From: Phoronis australis | Lineage: Eukaryota; Animalia; Phoronida | Direction of reading: 5' to 3' | DNA length: 64,000 nt | Assembly (NCBI GenBank): GCA_002633005.1 | Contig: NMRA01000015.1 | Location: 852,127 to 916,126 of the forward strand | In this document: in pieces, positions 47,717-60,400 of the stretch | Layout of the letters: every line of letters starts with the position of its first letter | Numbering within the stretch: the first letter of the stretch is position 1 | Position numbers and translations under genes: made by a program | Notes under the pieces: generated by a model | Seen by the model: only the letters and a program-made list of their open reading frames with translations | Told to the model about the DNA's origin: nothing | Database searches by the model: none

Positions 47717-50700
47717 AATTTTGTCAAAAAACCAGCGTTGGTCACAGAAACATAATGCCGGAGATCTGTTGTCGTTGACGTGCCAGTCGCTGTTGAAATG
47801 ATGACAGTAATTAGAGAGTGACGCTAAAGTGAAAAGCCGTCTTCCAGTTATTCAAGAGTTAAGCGCACGACTCGAGACACTTCGTGACACATATCTGGAA
47901 ATACGTAAGCAAGGCAACCTCGATCTAGCGGTTAACAATACCACAGCACGCTCTGTTGTGTCATCGGTTAATTCCAGTGATAATTAGACTCCGGGTGCTG
48001 TTTCCAAAAGGTCCACCACGTGTCCTTGAAGACGTGTACGTATTGGGTATATCCACAACAGCTTTTATCAACAAACTCCTCAGTCCCCCTCCATTTAGAA
48101 TTACTATGTACAGAAAAACAAATTTCCTTGCCTGCATGGCAACTAAGATTTATAATGAAGGTATATTGTTTGCAATTGGCTTAGCGCAAGTCTGTTAAGT
48201 ATGAGAAAAAATTAACACGCCTCGCCTAAGAAACAAGAAAAACACGACTTACACGCGACTGGATATAATCAGCGTTTGCGTGTTCCATTAGAAACATGAG
48301 AAAGCTATTGTTTCACGCAAAGCTCTCGGGAAATTGAATTTAGCATGGAGTGGACAGTAGAAGTGAGCTATGGGCTGAATAATTGAACGAGAATCTCTGT
48401 TCAGCGTATTAATAGACATATCCCGGTCAGTTATGCTTGAATATGATCTGTACTAAGCGCATTCTTATTATCAATTTATTATCCAAAATATATATCGCTC
48501 CGTAAAATGACGTCGGCGCAGCATTTTCGGGTGGAACTCAACTGTGTTTTTAGGAAATCAAAATGCCCCGGCCTTTGAGTCAATCCAGAAAGATAAAATC
48601 ATCTCGAGTCTCCTTTACACGCAGTTTGTAGCAAGCTTGTATTGGTTTGTAAGGGGCGCATTTGTTGATAGCTTCTCAAGGGACCTCTTTTTCAGGAATG
48701 TTTTCGTAATAGTTACATGTTTTTAGAGATTTTAAAGCCTTCTAAATGCCTATTTATTGAATTATATTTTAAACAACAATTACCTTCGCACTATTTTCAT
48801 TTTGAAATAGAAAATCAAGATGAAATTTCGTTCCATTGTGTAGAGTTTTGTTGCAAAAATGGGTTCTCTTGTAGGCTTGCTAACCTAAGATGAATATTTA
48901 AGAGCGGAATTTAGTTGGAACTAATCTCACCATTCGTGACCGGGGAAACAAACCATCTACATGGCGTAAATATTTCCTATTTGCAGCTGCACACCTCCAC
49001 ATAAGGAAAATTGACATTGACTGACAGTCTGGCTGTCCAGTTACAATACTGGGGATATTCGATAAAACGTTTGGTGGACTCGGAGGTGGAACTACGAAAT
49101 TGTGATACCCACATATTAGAGACACAGCCAAGCAGCAATAAACGCCCTAAAGACACCAAGGGTCAATTCTAGTCGTGTTAATGCTCGCATTAATGAGCTT
49201 AACAAGCTTGCAACTGAAAAAACTGTCAACATACACGTAGCAATGAACAGCAGTGGAAATGTAGACAGACTGACAAAGACAGGGGGCATTGTGTAGTTGA
49301 ACCTGCTATCCCGGTATCCTACGGATGCTGCAGGCTGAATGTACGCAAGTATGGAAAGCCAAAACGAAAAATTTCCAGGACAAATTTTCTATTCAAGAAT
49401 TAAAAACAACTTGTTCGTAAGTCACTAAACAACGTACGTTAGGTAGTTATTGCCAATTAAAGCATGGGTCCATGTGGGTAATAGCTTTGAGTACTACGAG
49501 TTCATTTCGAAAATGGAGAACCAGATTCGGATGGTTTGCCATAATCCATGATAATGGTGCTGATGTTGATAATGGCATTTACTTCAGTATTACCGTTACA
49601 AGGTTGTTGATGGTGTCTATCTGAGGTTTAATGTTCTTGTTCACGATTCATATCAGTGTCATCACATCTGAATGCCCCAGCCTGAGCTAACTAGGACTTA
49701 GTAGTAGTCGTAAGCCTTATACTATTTGTGATAATGGTAGGCATAGTGGTCCAAGTGTTATAAATTTGCCTCATCCAAGACTGTCTTGTGTGTAAGAATG
49801 TGCTAGTTTCCCTAAATTAAAGGTCATGAACAACAAGCCCATGAATACTACACATTATTTACTAAGTTCTAAAAATAATGAGTAGGATATTTTATAGGAA
49901 TAACAAATGAATATATAAAGTCTGCAGGCTCTAAGCTTGTTGGAACTGAACTCGTCAATCCTCTGACGGTGTTCCACCGAAACAACAAAGAAGCCGGCAG
50001 CTTTTTCTTCTAGGGAGTTTACATTTGAATTTCTTTTTCAGGCGTTTTAAGAACCCTTCATGGTGATTGTTCTCACAGATTCAGGACTGCGACTTGGTAC
50101 GAAGTGGTCTACCTGTGTTGTGTGCCAATTACACCCATGACGTCTGGAAGGTTAAAGGATTCCGTGGGCATCTTTGACTTGGTATCGACGTCTGATATGG
50201 AGAGGTCCTGAGAGTATTGCGTTCCTGTTCCATCACTCAATTTCTTAATGCTGTACAGTCACACTCTTTATTATAAACTTCCAACTTTGTTTTCTCAAGC
50301 TGAATCTGCTGCACGACCTGCAAAATCCCATTCCCTGCGAAGTAGTCCACGACAGCCTTCTCAAGCGTTGCCTCCACAAATGCTTCTACTTCGTCTTTTG
50401 ACTCGCGGTGCTGATCAAGTCCATTCTGCTTTCTCCTTCACCACAGTGACCCCTGTAGCCAAAGCGACGTAGGCCTGCAACAATGAGCATCATTCACGAA
50501 AAGTTACACCGGACGTCATCAATAGCGCATGCCTCGATTACGTTTTAGTCAGAACAACAATAATGGAAAAAACACATTATCGAAATAGCTTTATGTAAGG
50601 ACAAATTAGCCAAAAAAGATAATCGATGTAAGGCTGATTCGCAAATAGGTAGAGGGGATCGTCGAATTCCATGCTTTGTTGTTCGATCGATAGTGCATTG

Positions 50701-51833
50701 TTCATTTAATGCCAAAATAGTTGGCTATGTCGCATACAAACCATGAAATAAGATTGGTGGTTGATGTTTCCAGGCTCGTTTGATACAATTAAGTTTGTCC
50801 GTTTCCGTTCCGCGTTATCGTGTACACTGTTACATGTACAACTTATACATGTAGGCCTACAATAACGTCGCACGGATAATGACGAATTGTATCGAATGAG
50901 CGTGGATGTTTCGGCTTTATCTAACTTTCAACATCTCCATGTTTTTAAGCGAGATGGGGCACGTATTGAAGATAATGCAAAACACGGTCACCTCACGTAG
51001 TTTAACAAATTACGTACAACAAATGTTGAGTAATTATGTACGGAGAGATTAGAGCAACACAGTGCGCGATCAATTATACTATATTTTAAACAATTGACAC
51101 GTTCGTCAGATGTTTTGTTCTGAAATCAAGTATTGCAAAATATTATAAAATATTAGTGCTGGGCGCGGCTTCAACTTTGGTTGAGAATCAAGCCGCATAA
51201 ACACGATGGTTGCGTATCGAGGTAGCTAAGTGGCAAGATAAAGCGAACGAATGGTAGCGCTAATGAAAGCTCACCAGCGTGGTAATATACTTACAACATC
51301 TCTTGTGGCGCTTTTTATTGCCCATCTTACCAGAGAAAGTACCTATTATACGTTATTTACTTGTATTCATTATATTGTAATTGTACTAGTCATAATAAAT
51401 GACCTTATATCGCCTACCTCGATCTCCTTTTCATTTCTGGTAACGAGCTTGCGACGCACGTATCATGTATCTTTATTCGGGACATATGTCGATCATAAAC
51501 AACATTGCCACTGACGTCCGACTAAGTCAGCAAGCCTTCGCCATGAGACAGATGACCAGGTCTCGAAGTGGGTTAGGCCTAGATGGTACAAACATAGTCC
51601 TATCACGAAGTTAGCAAATACGGAAAGAAAAACCTTAAATAAAGACATTAAAGCTTGTTGAATTACAGTATGCGATGAGATAGCTCTTCTGAACAACTGA
51701 CACATTCATCAGGAATGGGCTCATTGGCAAGTCTTTGTGTACCAAAAGATGGAGCTTTATCCAGATAACAACCGTGGAAGAGCTAGGTCCTGTAGTGCTG
51801 CCGAGTTCGGCCCAAGAGAAGTTTTAACCTCTC

Positions 51834-52004
51834 CAGTGGCGGATTTAGAGGGGGGCCAAGGGGGCCATGCCCCTCCCTTAAAATTCTCCCAGATTCCGTG
51901 CGCAGTTCGGGAGTGCGAATGTCTGACGGCAAAATCCTTAGTGGCTAATAGGCTCTGCCCTGGCTCAGGCTGCCCAGTCTCGATCCAACTCAAATCCGCC
52001 CCTG
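51834..52004. mobile_element. Short MITE, possibly hAT-type
   Basis: TIRs CAGTGGCGGATTT / AAATCCGCCCCTG; flanks AACCTCTC / AAACTTTC (6 of 8 match, possible decayed 8-bp TSD). Confidence 0.7.
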
Positions 52005-54382
52005 AAACTTTCCTTCATAAATCTGAGAGCACGAGCAAATGATGGGGCATAAGATATGGAAAGCTCGATCGTCAGCGCATGGAGTTAAAACGTATGTTGT
52101 CTCTGAAGTTCAAGAGATCATATAATCCGATGCAACCCTTTGAAAGCAAGATAGGCACGGCAGAAGGGGATATATCACTGCAAGCACAATCATCTCGTCC
52201 CGTGGGGGGAGAACGTAAAGTGCTAGCGCAATCATCTCACGTAGTACAACACCGTACGTACAACAACCCTTGAACAGTTGCCATTTAAAGATCAGAGTCG
52301 GGTGTTACAACATAACTTGAGACGAAGTCACATGTTTATGCCATGTTAAACAGGCATGGGCTAGTGCGCACGGAGTCCGGCTAAAGCTTTTAAATATTCG
52401 GAATTAGTGTTGTCATGTGCTACCTTTGGGTCCATAGCAGTGTTTTTCGGTACCTGAGCAAGGTCTCGTCAACCCCAGCTCCCCCCGGCTAGCTCATGCC
52501 CCTGACCCACAATGAAGTAGGCCTGGCGTTGTAGCCGGTTTCCACCCGGCCGAGACCTGTGCCGGCGTTGTCCTCTCGGCACCGTTCCTCAGCTCAATAT
52601 TCCCGCGCCCTGCCGAGTGATTTCTGGGATGAGTGCCTCTCCAGCTCCGTGCTAATCACTTCATCTCATCCTAAATCATGCAGCAAAACTTGCGTTCGCC
52701 ATTTTTTCTCCCGTGTAGTGACTATACACTCGGCCACTCCCACCCCACCCCGAAGAAAAATATTTTTTTCGCCCGCGCCTTGTGCAGTTAGGCCTCTGTG
52801 GGTGTAGTAAAATCCTGAAGGCCCTTCGGCGGAGTTCTCCAATTCCGGTCAGTCAGTGACGCCAGGGCACTCGACCCACTCATGGCAGGATTCTGGAGTA
52901 GCCAAGAGCCGGGCGGTCCGAGAACGAAGCTATACTACTACCCACCATAGTCAATGTGAGGAATAATCATATATTTTCCGGCAAAAGTAGGATTGATGAA
53001 TGGGACTTCTAGTGATGAAGAATTCGTCATTTTTTTCATTTCTTCACCATCATGGTGATAACAGGCGTAGGCCAATAGCTAGCCGGCGCATATAGGGTAG
53101 GTCGGGCCTACAATAAGCTGCAGTAGAGGATGGATGCGAGACAAACCACTCCCAGTTTTGACTTTTGTGTAAGCCGTGTATGTCAAACCCTCGTTTCACC
53201 GATCCCGAGCGGAATCGTGATCACTGACTGAAAAGCCACTGACGGGGGGCCACTCTGCCCGGCGGCCCGCGTCATAAAGCCCGTAGTCAGTGGCGGGTCC
53301 CACTAGCCTACTGAGGCCCATTAGTTTCGGCGGGCCGGGCTACCGTGCGGCAACCGACCCCCGGCGGGCTACGGCGGGGACTAGTGGAAGAAAACTGCCA
53401 AAATGCTCAGCCTGGACGGGGGGACCGTACAGTAACTAGTAGTTACATAATGTAGGGCCAAATTGACTTTCATATCTTAAAAAAATCCTCTACTGACACG
53501 CTTAAGTCATTTAGTTCGAGCGGTGTGGCAGTCATGAAACCAAAAAGGCCGGGGTCGACTTCACTAGCGTCACGCGGCGAGACTTAATTGGAAATCACTC
53601 GGCACTGAGTTGTCATACTCCGTGCACAATTAATTAAATTATGTTCACGGCGTGTTTTCGTTGTTCCAGTCACAGTCTCATGATTGAAGTAGGCAGGCAC
53701 TTGAATTTGGATAGTGCCGGCAAACAGAGTGTGTCCCTTCTCAGTGCGGCCCCGTGACGCCGACTGGATCGAGAGGCCCCGGGCTTCCAGTCGGCGTCAC
53801 GGTGGACCCGGTTTCCTTCAGCTGAGAGGCTGAGCGAAAATTATGTTGAAGTGTACTCAGGGCTACCGGAATTTTCCGTCCTTTTTCAAGTTCAATTGAT
53901 TAATGTCCGGTCAACTAGTGATGATGCTAAATTAGTTAGCCTGTACACGTGTATTTTATGCTTTTCTTATCCGCGTGATATAGCTTGCTGCACTACAGTG
54001 GGCCTAGGGCCGTTATATTACAGAAATATTTTGACTGATTGAAAAATATAGCGGGAATCGTGTGCTTTCATTAAAAATACACGGCAATATCTCGTGAAAT
54101 CTTGTCTCTCTAGCGAAATCTTGTCTCTCTAGCGAGGTCCTAGCGTTATTGAACTCCGTACCAAAGACGTTTACAAAGACCCCTCTGGTCCATAGGCTTA
54201 ACCCCGGGATGCTTGTTTGCCTGTCTGACAGGAGGTGGGACGTATCTCTGTTTGCTCTTTACAACTGGAAAACTCAAAAAGCAACGTGTGGCAGAAAATC
54301 AACTTGCCACGGCAGCAAGAATGTTTTCTAATGTCATTTTTGTCCTAATAACCTAGTATTGGGATTTTGTGCGGTTTTGGCC

Positions 54383-54416
54383 ATGTTTTCAAAGTTAACG
54401 AATACAATTCGTCTGG
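54383..54416 (+). CDS. GLT8D1: Likely first coding exon of the GLT8D gene
   Basis: GCCATG context; MFSKLTNTIRLG; G|GTAAGT; phase 1 fits the next exon. Confidence 0.6.
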
Positions 54417-57400
54417 GTAAGTATATTTCGGTATCTTTTAAGTATGACTATCGCACACGGCAACCCTTTTTCTTATTACTATTAGGTAACATTTTCGAAT
54501 AGCAGATCATCAGTCCATCGGCATCAGGACACTGGGTTTTCAAATCGGGAGATTTTCACTGTATCGGGAGAATTTCTCTGAGAAAACATCAATCTCCCGC
54601 TCGTTTTGTTATTGCATAAAAAATTGATGATATCAATTATAAATTTTGGTTAAAAAGTGTTGTGTGCGCAGGGCCCTCAATCCTTTGTTTTTTCGGCCGA
54701 ATGTAGACCCCTCTGAAAAATATTTAAAAACCACTCAAAATTTTTATCACGAGGCCCAAAAATTCCTCTTAAGTGATTGAATTATTCCCCTCAAGATTCA
54801 AATCGCTTGCATGCCAACTCATACTAGTGACAAATTGAAATAGCACAAAATGTTTGGCTATACTGAGGCAGAGCCTATGAGGGCTTATGTCAGGGGTGGG
54901 GATGCTTTTGATGGTGATCAGGAGGTAGAAATGCCCCCTCACTCAAAATATTCCCCTCTCAGAAGGCAAAGGCACATGAATGGGATCTGTTGTATTATTG
55001 TCGTGCCGAGACAGGCTCCCACCATTTTAGTGTCTGAGTATTTCTAGAGGTCCTCACATAATGTCCGTACAGGAGGGGGGTGAACTCCAGAGAGCCCAGA
55101 CGATCTTGTCATGTGACTAGTCACGCGATGTAGATGCGACCTTTCCCGGGCTCTTCTGTCGTTAGGTGTCGCACCAGGCTAACACTAACGTACAATAAGA
55201 AAGGACATCCTAGTCACATCATAGAGATGCCACAGCCAAGAGTGACGTTATTTATTACAGATCTCTATGAATCTCTGAAACTTGCGTTGGTGCGTCTTGT
55301 CTCAGGCAGTGTCCCAAGATAGAAGCCCTATGTTGTGCCAGGTTATTACTAAATCTACTACATACATGGGCGGTGCATCATAGGGGGCTGGGGGNTGAGG
55401 CAGAGCCTATGAGGGCTTATGTCAGGGGTGGGGATGCTTTTGATGGTGATCAGGAGGTAGAAATGCCCCCTCACTCAAAATATTCCCCTCTCAGAAGGCA
55501 AAGGCACATGAATGGGATCTGTTGTATTATTGTCGTGCCGAGACAGGCTCCCGCCATTTTAGTGTCTGAGTATTTCTAGAGGTCCTCACATAATGTCCGT
55601 ACAGGAGGGGGGTGAACTCCAGAGAGCCCAGACGATCTTGTCATGTGACTAGTCACGTGATGTAGATGCGACCTTTCCCGGGCTCTTCTGTCGTTAGTTG
55701 TCGCACCAGGCTAACACTAACGTACATTAAGGAAGGACATCCTAGTCACATCATAGAGATGCCACAGCCAAGAGTGACGTTGACATTTATTACAGATCTC
55801 TATGAATCTCTGAAACTTGCGTTGGTGCGTCTTGTCTCAGGCAGTGTCCCAAGATAGAAGCCCTATGTTGTGCCAGGTTATTACTAAATCTACTACATAC
55901 ATGGGCGGTGCATCATAGGGGGCTGGGGGGGGGGNNGGGGGGGGGGTGCTATAGCCCTCCACTTTTTTCAGTGTTGCTTACCTTGGAGCAGCTTCACTCA
56001 GTCCTCTCAAAGTAAGCCTACTTATGGTGATCTCGACTCAACACACGCATGCATACAAACACACACACACACAAACACACAAACAGCTCGATATCTGATC
56101 AGACTGTATTAGTTTCATTCGTGGATATAATACGCTAAATACTTCTCTGAACAACAACAAAGTACTACACTCTTTTCTCTAATGTACAGATACACACCTA
56201 TGTGTACAATGACTATCCCAAGTGACACACACACGCACAGCAATAACACGTCTGAACACTCAGACTTCATGAAGTTCATGGCGGCAACTCCCTAACTCTG
56301 ATCCGCTGCTCTACATAGATTCTTAACTCTGGGATGTGGCATGAACTTCCCAGTAATGTCACTACGGTAGATTTGCTGGAGTGCATTCATTGACAATTTA
56401 AAAGGACATTTTAAAATAAGTTCTTGGGTGTTTATTGTTACTTGGTTTATTTGTACATTGTTTGTTAATATCATCTACTGTGGTTGTTGATGTGTGGTAT
56501 TGTCATGTTATTGCCTTCAGCAAGAGCTGAAAAGATGAGATGAGTCTGTCAAACTGAATCGACTTGGTAAATCTTTATTTCTCGCGGTGAATCCTAGTAT
56601 TTTTTGCTCTTTAGTCTAGGGTGCCATACTTGAATTTCTATCTTTGAAAAGCTTTTCCCAAAAACATTGTGTGAAATTTATTCTGCCAATTGGAAGAATT
56701 TGTCCAGATCCAAAGAATTTTTCTTTCAATCGTGAGAATTCACCGGATTGAAAAAATTTCTCCCAATTGTAAAACCTTCTTAGAACTTACTGCCTAAGGG
56801 TGACATGGGCATTTTCAATGAAGTCCAAGAATGCCATGAGTGTTAAAAGTGAAAATTTGTAACTTTCATAAATCGGAGTTGACCCGAATAAGGGCTACTT
56901 GGATAACCACGATCTTTGATGCTTTGAAATTCTTGTCTTATTTAAAACACGTAATGCTATTTCTTCACTTCTGCAGTTCTGTACTCTTTTCTACAGGTAT
57001 TGCCCTTGTGGTTATAGTATGGGCAGCTATTGTTGTCTATCTGTGGATGTATGGTCCAGGTTATAAAGGTAACTGTATATTGCCAGGATGTAGAGACACT
57101 GATACAGGTAAGACTGCTCTCAATTTCAGGCAAGACTGTTCTCAATCTCACCTTCACGTTTGTGCAGCTTTTCTTTTAGTTTGCAAATTGGCATATTGCT
57201 TGCATCACTTAATGATTCTTGTAACCAAGAAGTTTTGTTTGAAGATTTTTAACATCTTATGGATTCAAAGTGTTTGTTATGGTTCGGTGCTTGGTTTGGC
57301 TTCACGCAAGTAGCAATGCAACCTCAAGTTGTATGGTGACCTGGTAAGAATCAATGCCAAGTCACCACACATACATCTGAGCATGCTCTCAGAATACTAT

Positions 57401-60400
57401 AGGAAGTTAACAGTCAGAAGTCAGAATCCTTCACTAAAATTAGAAGGACTCAACTATGAGTTATACACAGGTATGGTGTGCCAATCATCTTTTTTTACCT
57501 TAGGAGATGAGCCTATATGGGATACTGGGCCCCGAGGGGGAGTTTGGCCCCGAGGGGGAGTTTAGCCATTACCAAGTACACAAAACACTCCTAACTAAAT
57601 ATACCCCGTCTGGGTGGTCTCGGATATGCTCTCTGACATTTGCTGGTTCTTCAATTCTGGTACATCTCATTTTGTTTTCTGCTTTTGCCCACTGTGCATA
57701 TTTGGCAATTTATGTTTAAGTGTCAAGCTCTATCAATATATTGTACTTGTGCACAGAACAGGTCTGTGATAAGTGGTGATATTGTGCATCCACAAATATT
57801 TGCAGGGTTTGTAGATTTTCCTTTTTTTTATTCTTTTTAGGAGAGAAATCCAGTTTTCTCAACAGCAGCAAGCTGTTCAAGTCCAAGAACATTACCCCAG
57901 TCCATGTCTGCATTGCTGGTGAGGAGACTACATTAGGAGGAATGATAGCTGCCATCAATAGTATAAGGAGCAATGCCAAGGGACGTGTCATGTTTCACCT
58001 GGTGACTGACCAAAAGTCTGAACAACATTTAAGGTATGGGTGGAAGGAGGGAGGGGGACGGGAGGGAGTTAGGGGTGGAGGAAGGGAGGGAGAGGGGTGG
58101 NNNNNNNNNNNNNNNNNNNNNNNNNNNNNNNNNNNNNNNNNNNNNNNNNNNNNNNNNNNNNNNNNNNNNNNNNNNNNNNNNNNNNNNNNNNNNNNNNNNN
58201 NNNNNNNNNNNNNNNNNNNNNNNNNNNNNNNNNNNNNNNNNNNNNNNNNNNNNNNNNNNNNNNNNNNNNNNNNNNNNNNNNNNNNNNNNNNNNNNNNNNN
58301 NNNNNNNNNNNNNNNNNNNNNNNNNNNNNNNNNNNNNNNNNNNNNNNNNNNNNNNNNNNNNNNNNNNNNNNNNNNNNNNNNNNNNNNNNNNNNNNNNNNN
58401 NNNNNNNNNNNNNNNNNNNNNNNNNNNNNNNNNNNNNNNNNNNNNNNNNNNNNNNNNNNNNNNNNNNNNNNNNNNNNNNNNNNNNNNNNNGAGAGAGAGA
58501 GAGAGAGAGGGAGAGAGAGAGAGAGGGAAAGGGCATGGTTGAAGAAGTGACGAAGGTGGGAGAATGGGGAAAGAGTTAGGATAGAAAAGGGGAAGAGTAA
58601 GAGAAAACAGAGAGGGATAAAGACAAGGGATGGATGTGAAGGTAAAGGGAAGGGAGGGTAGACTTAACATAGAGTAAGAGGGAAGTGAATAGATTGTGGG
58701 AGGAATTGTTATCTAAACACTGTTTCTTGTCCGCAACATCAGAAATATGTGACAATCAGATTTCTTTTTGCATAGTATGTGGACCACCAGCTCTGTGTCG
58801 TCTCAGTGTGTGAGATCTGCGATCTCGCATTCTAGTCACAATGTCCTTACTCACTAGTGGCGCTAGCGTCTGCTGACGATGGTCGTGTTGTTAGAACTTG
58901 ACCTTTGTATTACACTTTCTGAACTATTGCCAAATTACTCACGAACATCAAGAGTTCTACTAAAGGAAGGTGCAGACAGACTTTTTAATGCCGAAATGCT
59001 TTCCTACTCCTTGGCAGTACTAGAATTTCCCATGCGGATATACATACCGGAAGATGAGATTGGCACGCAAAGTAAGTGGTGCCTCTGCTGGGAATTTCAT
59101 TACAAAATGTCGGGGGTTGTGAATCTGTTGTCTGTGATTTGTGGTTACATCTGCTATGTATTAACAAGAGAGAAGGACTGTAATAATAATAATTTTGTGA
59201 ATTGGTTTTACTTCTATTTTGTTTCAACTTTGTTTTTCTAGGGACTGGATAGGCAAAACTTCTTTGGCTAGTGTTCAGTATGAGATTAAAGTTTTTCCTG
59301 AAGAATGGTTGAAGGACAAGATCAAAGTGAAAGGCGCCAGACCAGAACTTGCTAGCCCAGTAAATATCACCTTTGGGTTTTTAATCAAGTCAGACAAATG
59401 TAATAGGTCTGTTTTCTGAAAGTCATTCTCTCTGCTTGCCCAATATAAGTCTGATAACTATCATTTCCATAACGTCGTGGTTAAGAAATCATTCTTAATT
59501 ATCAGCATTTCCAAGACTACAAAACACGGCTGTTTTAGCAAAACCCGACCTCTTTCCAGTAATGGTGTTTTATCACCATTTTAGCTCCCTTCTCCCATCG
59601 TTCTTTGTGATCTCCAAGCACTGCATTTGTTAGATTTGAAGTTGTGAAGCAAATTTTCTCGCACAGACAATGTGTAAAGACATCTAACAATTGACGCTTG
59701 AAATGCTAACCAGCAAGCAATTGTACATACTGTAGTTAAAAAGTGTGGCTTTTTCTTAGTAATATTAGTAAACTTCTAGTATCTTGTGATGAGACCACTC
59801 ATTTATTGACACACAGTGTTGCATATTAGTTTAATTTTGGGAGGTTATTCTGGTGACAAGGAACCCTGTATACCACGTGCATTGGGGACCTTCAAGTACC
59901 TTCCTGACTTTGACTTATAATACTAATAATCAAGTTATTTTTTTTTCAAATGTGTTTTTGATTGCATCTTGGAAGCTATGGTACATGCCTTTAAGACTTT
60001 CTCATGTTTTGCCTGAAACATGGTGGTTATTATTATTTTCGTAACTCATTTTGAAACTGCGCTAAAGAGCAACTTCCTCTTTTTTACTGGAATGAGTGCA
60101 TTTATGCTTGTGTTTTTTCACTTTTAGATGAACTTTGCCCGGTTTTATATTCCACGATTGTTTCCAAACCTCAGAGGAACTGTAGTTTATATTGATGATG
60201 ACAGTGTTGTACAAGGTAAGATCCATGGATGAGGAAAGAGAATAATTCTTGCTTTCAGGCTTATAAAGTGGCATCGCAATACTGCTTGCATAGTTATTCA
60301 ATTGGAAAATGTATTTCCAAGACAACCAGGGATCTGTGTTTTTACTAAAAGTAACATCAAAACAGTATTCTTTTAAATTTAAGACCACATTTACCAAGCC

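Noticed and set aside
49950-50480. Degraded LINE ORF1-like coding remnant on the minus strand
   Set aside because: There are only faint, stop-ridden hints and no motif I can identify with confidence without a profile search.
54850-55857. Duplicated ORFs (AEPMRAYVRGG..., MRPFPGSS...) as a small tandem gene family
   Set aside because: The copies abut at a single N, show no recognisable domain and lie in a GLT8D intron, so an assembly overlap is most likely.
58029-58670. Long ORFs spanning 58.0-58.7 kb
   Set aside because: They are open only because of the 390-N gap and GA repeats.
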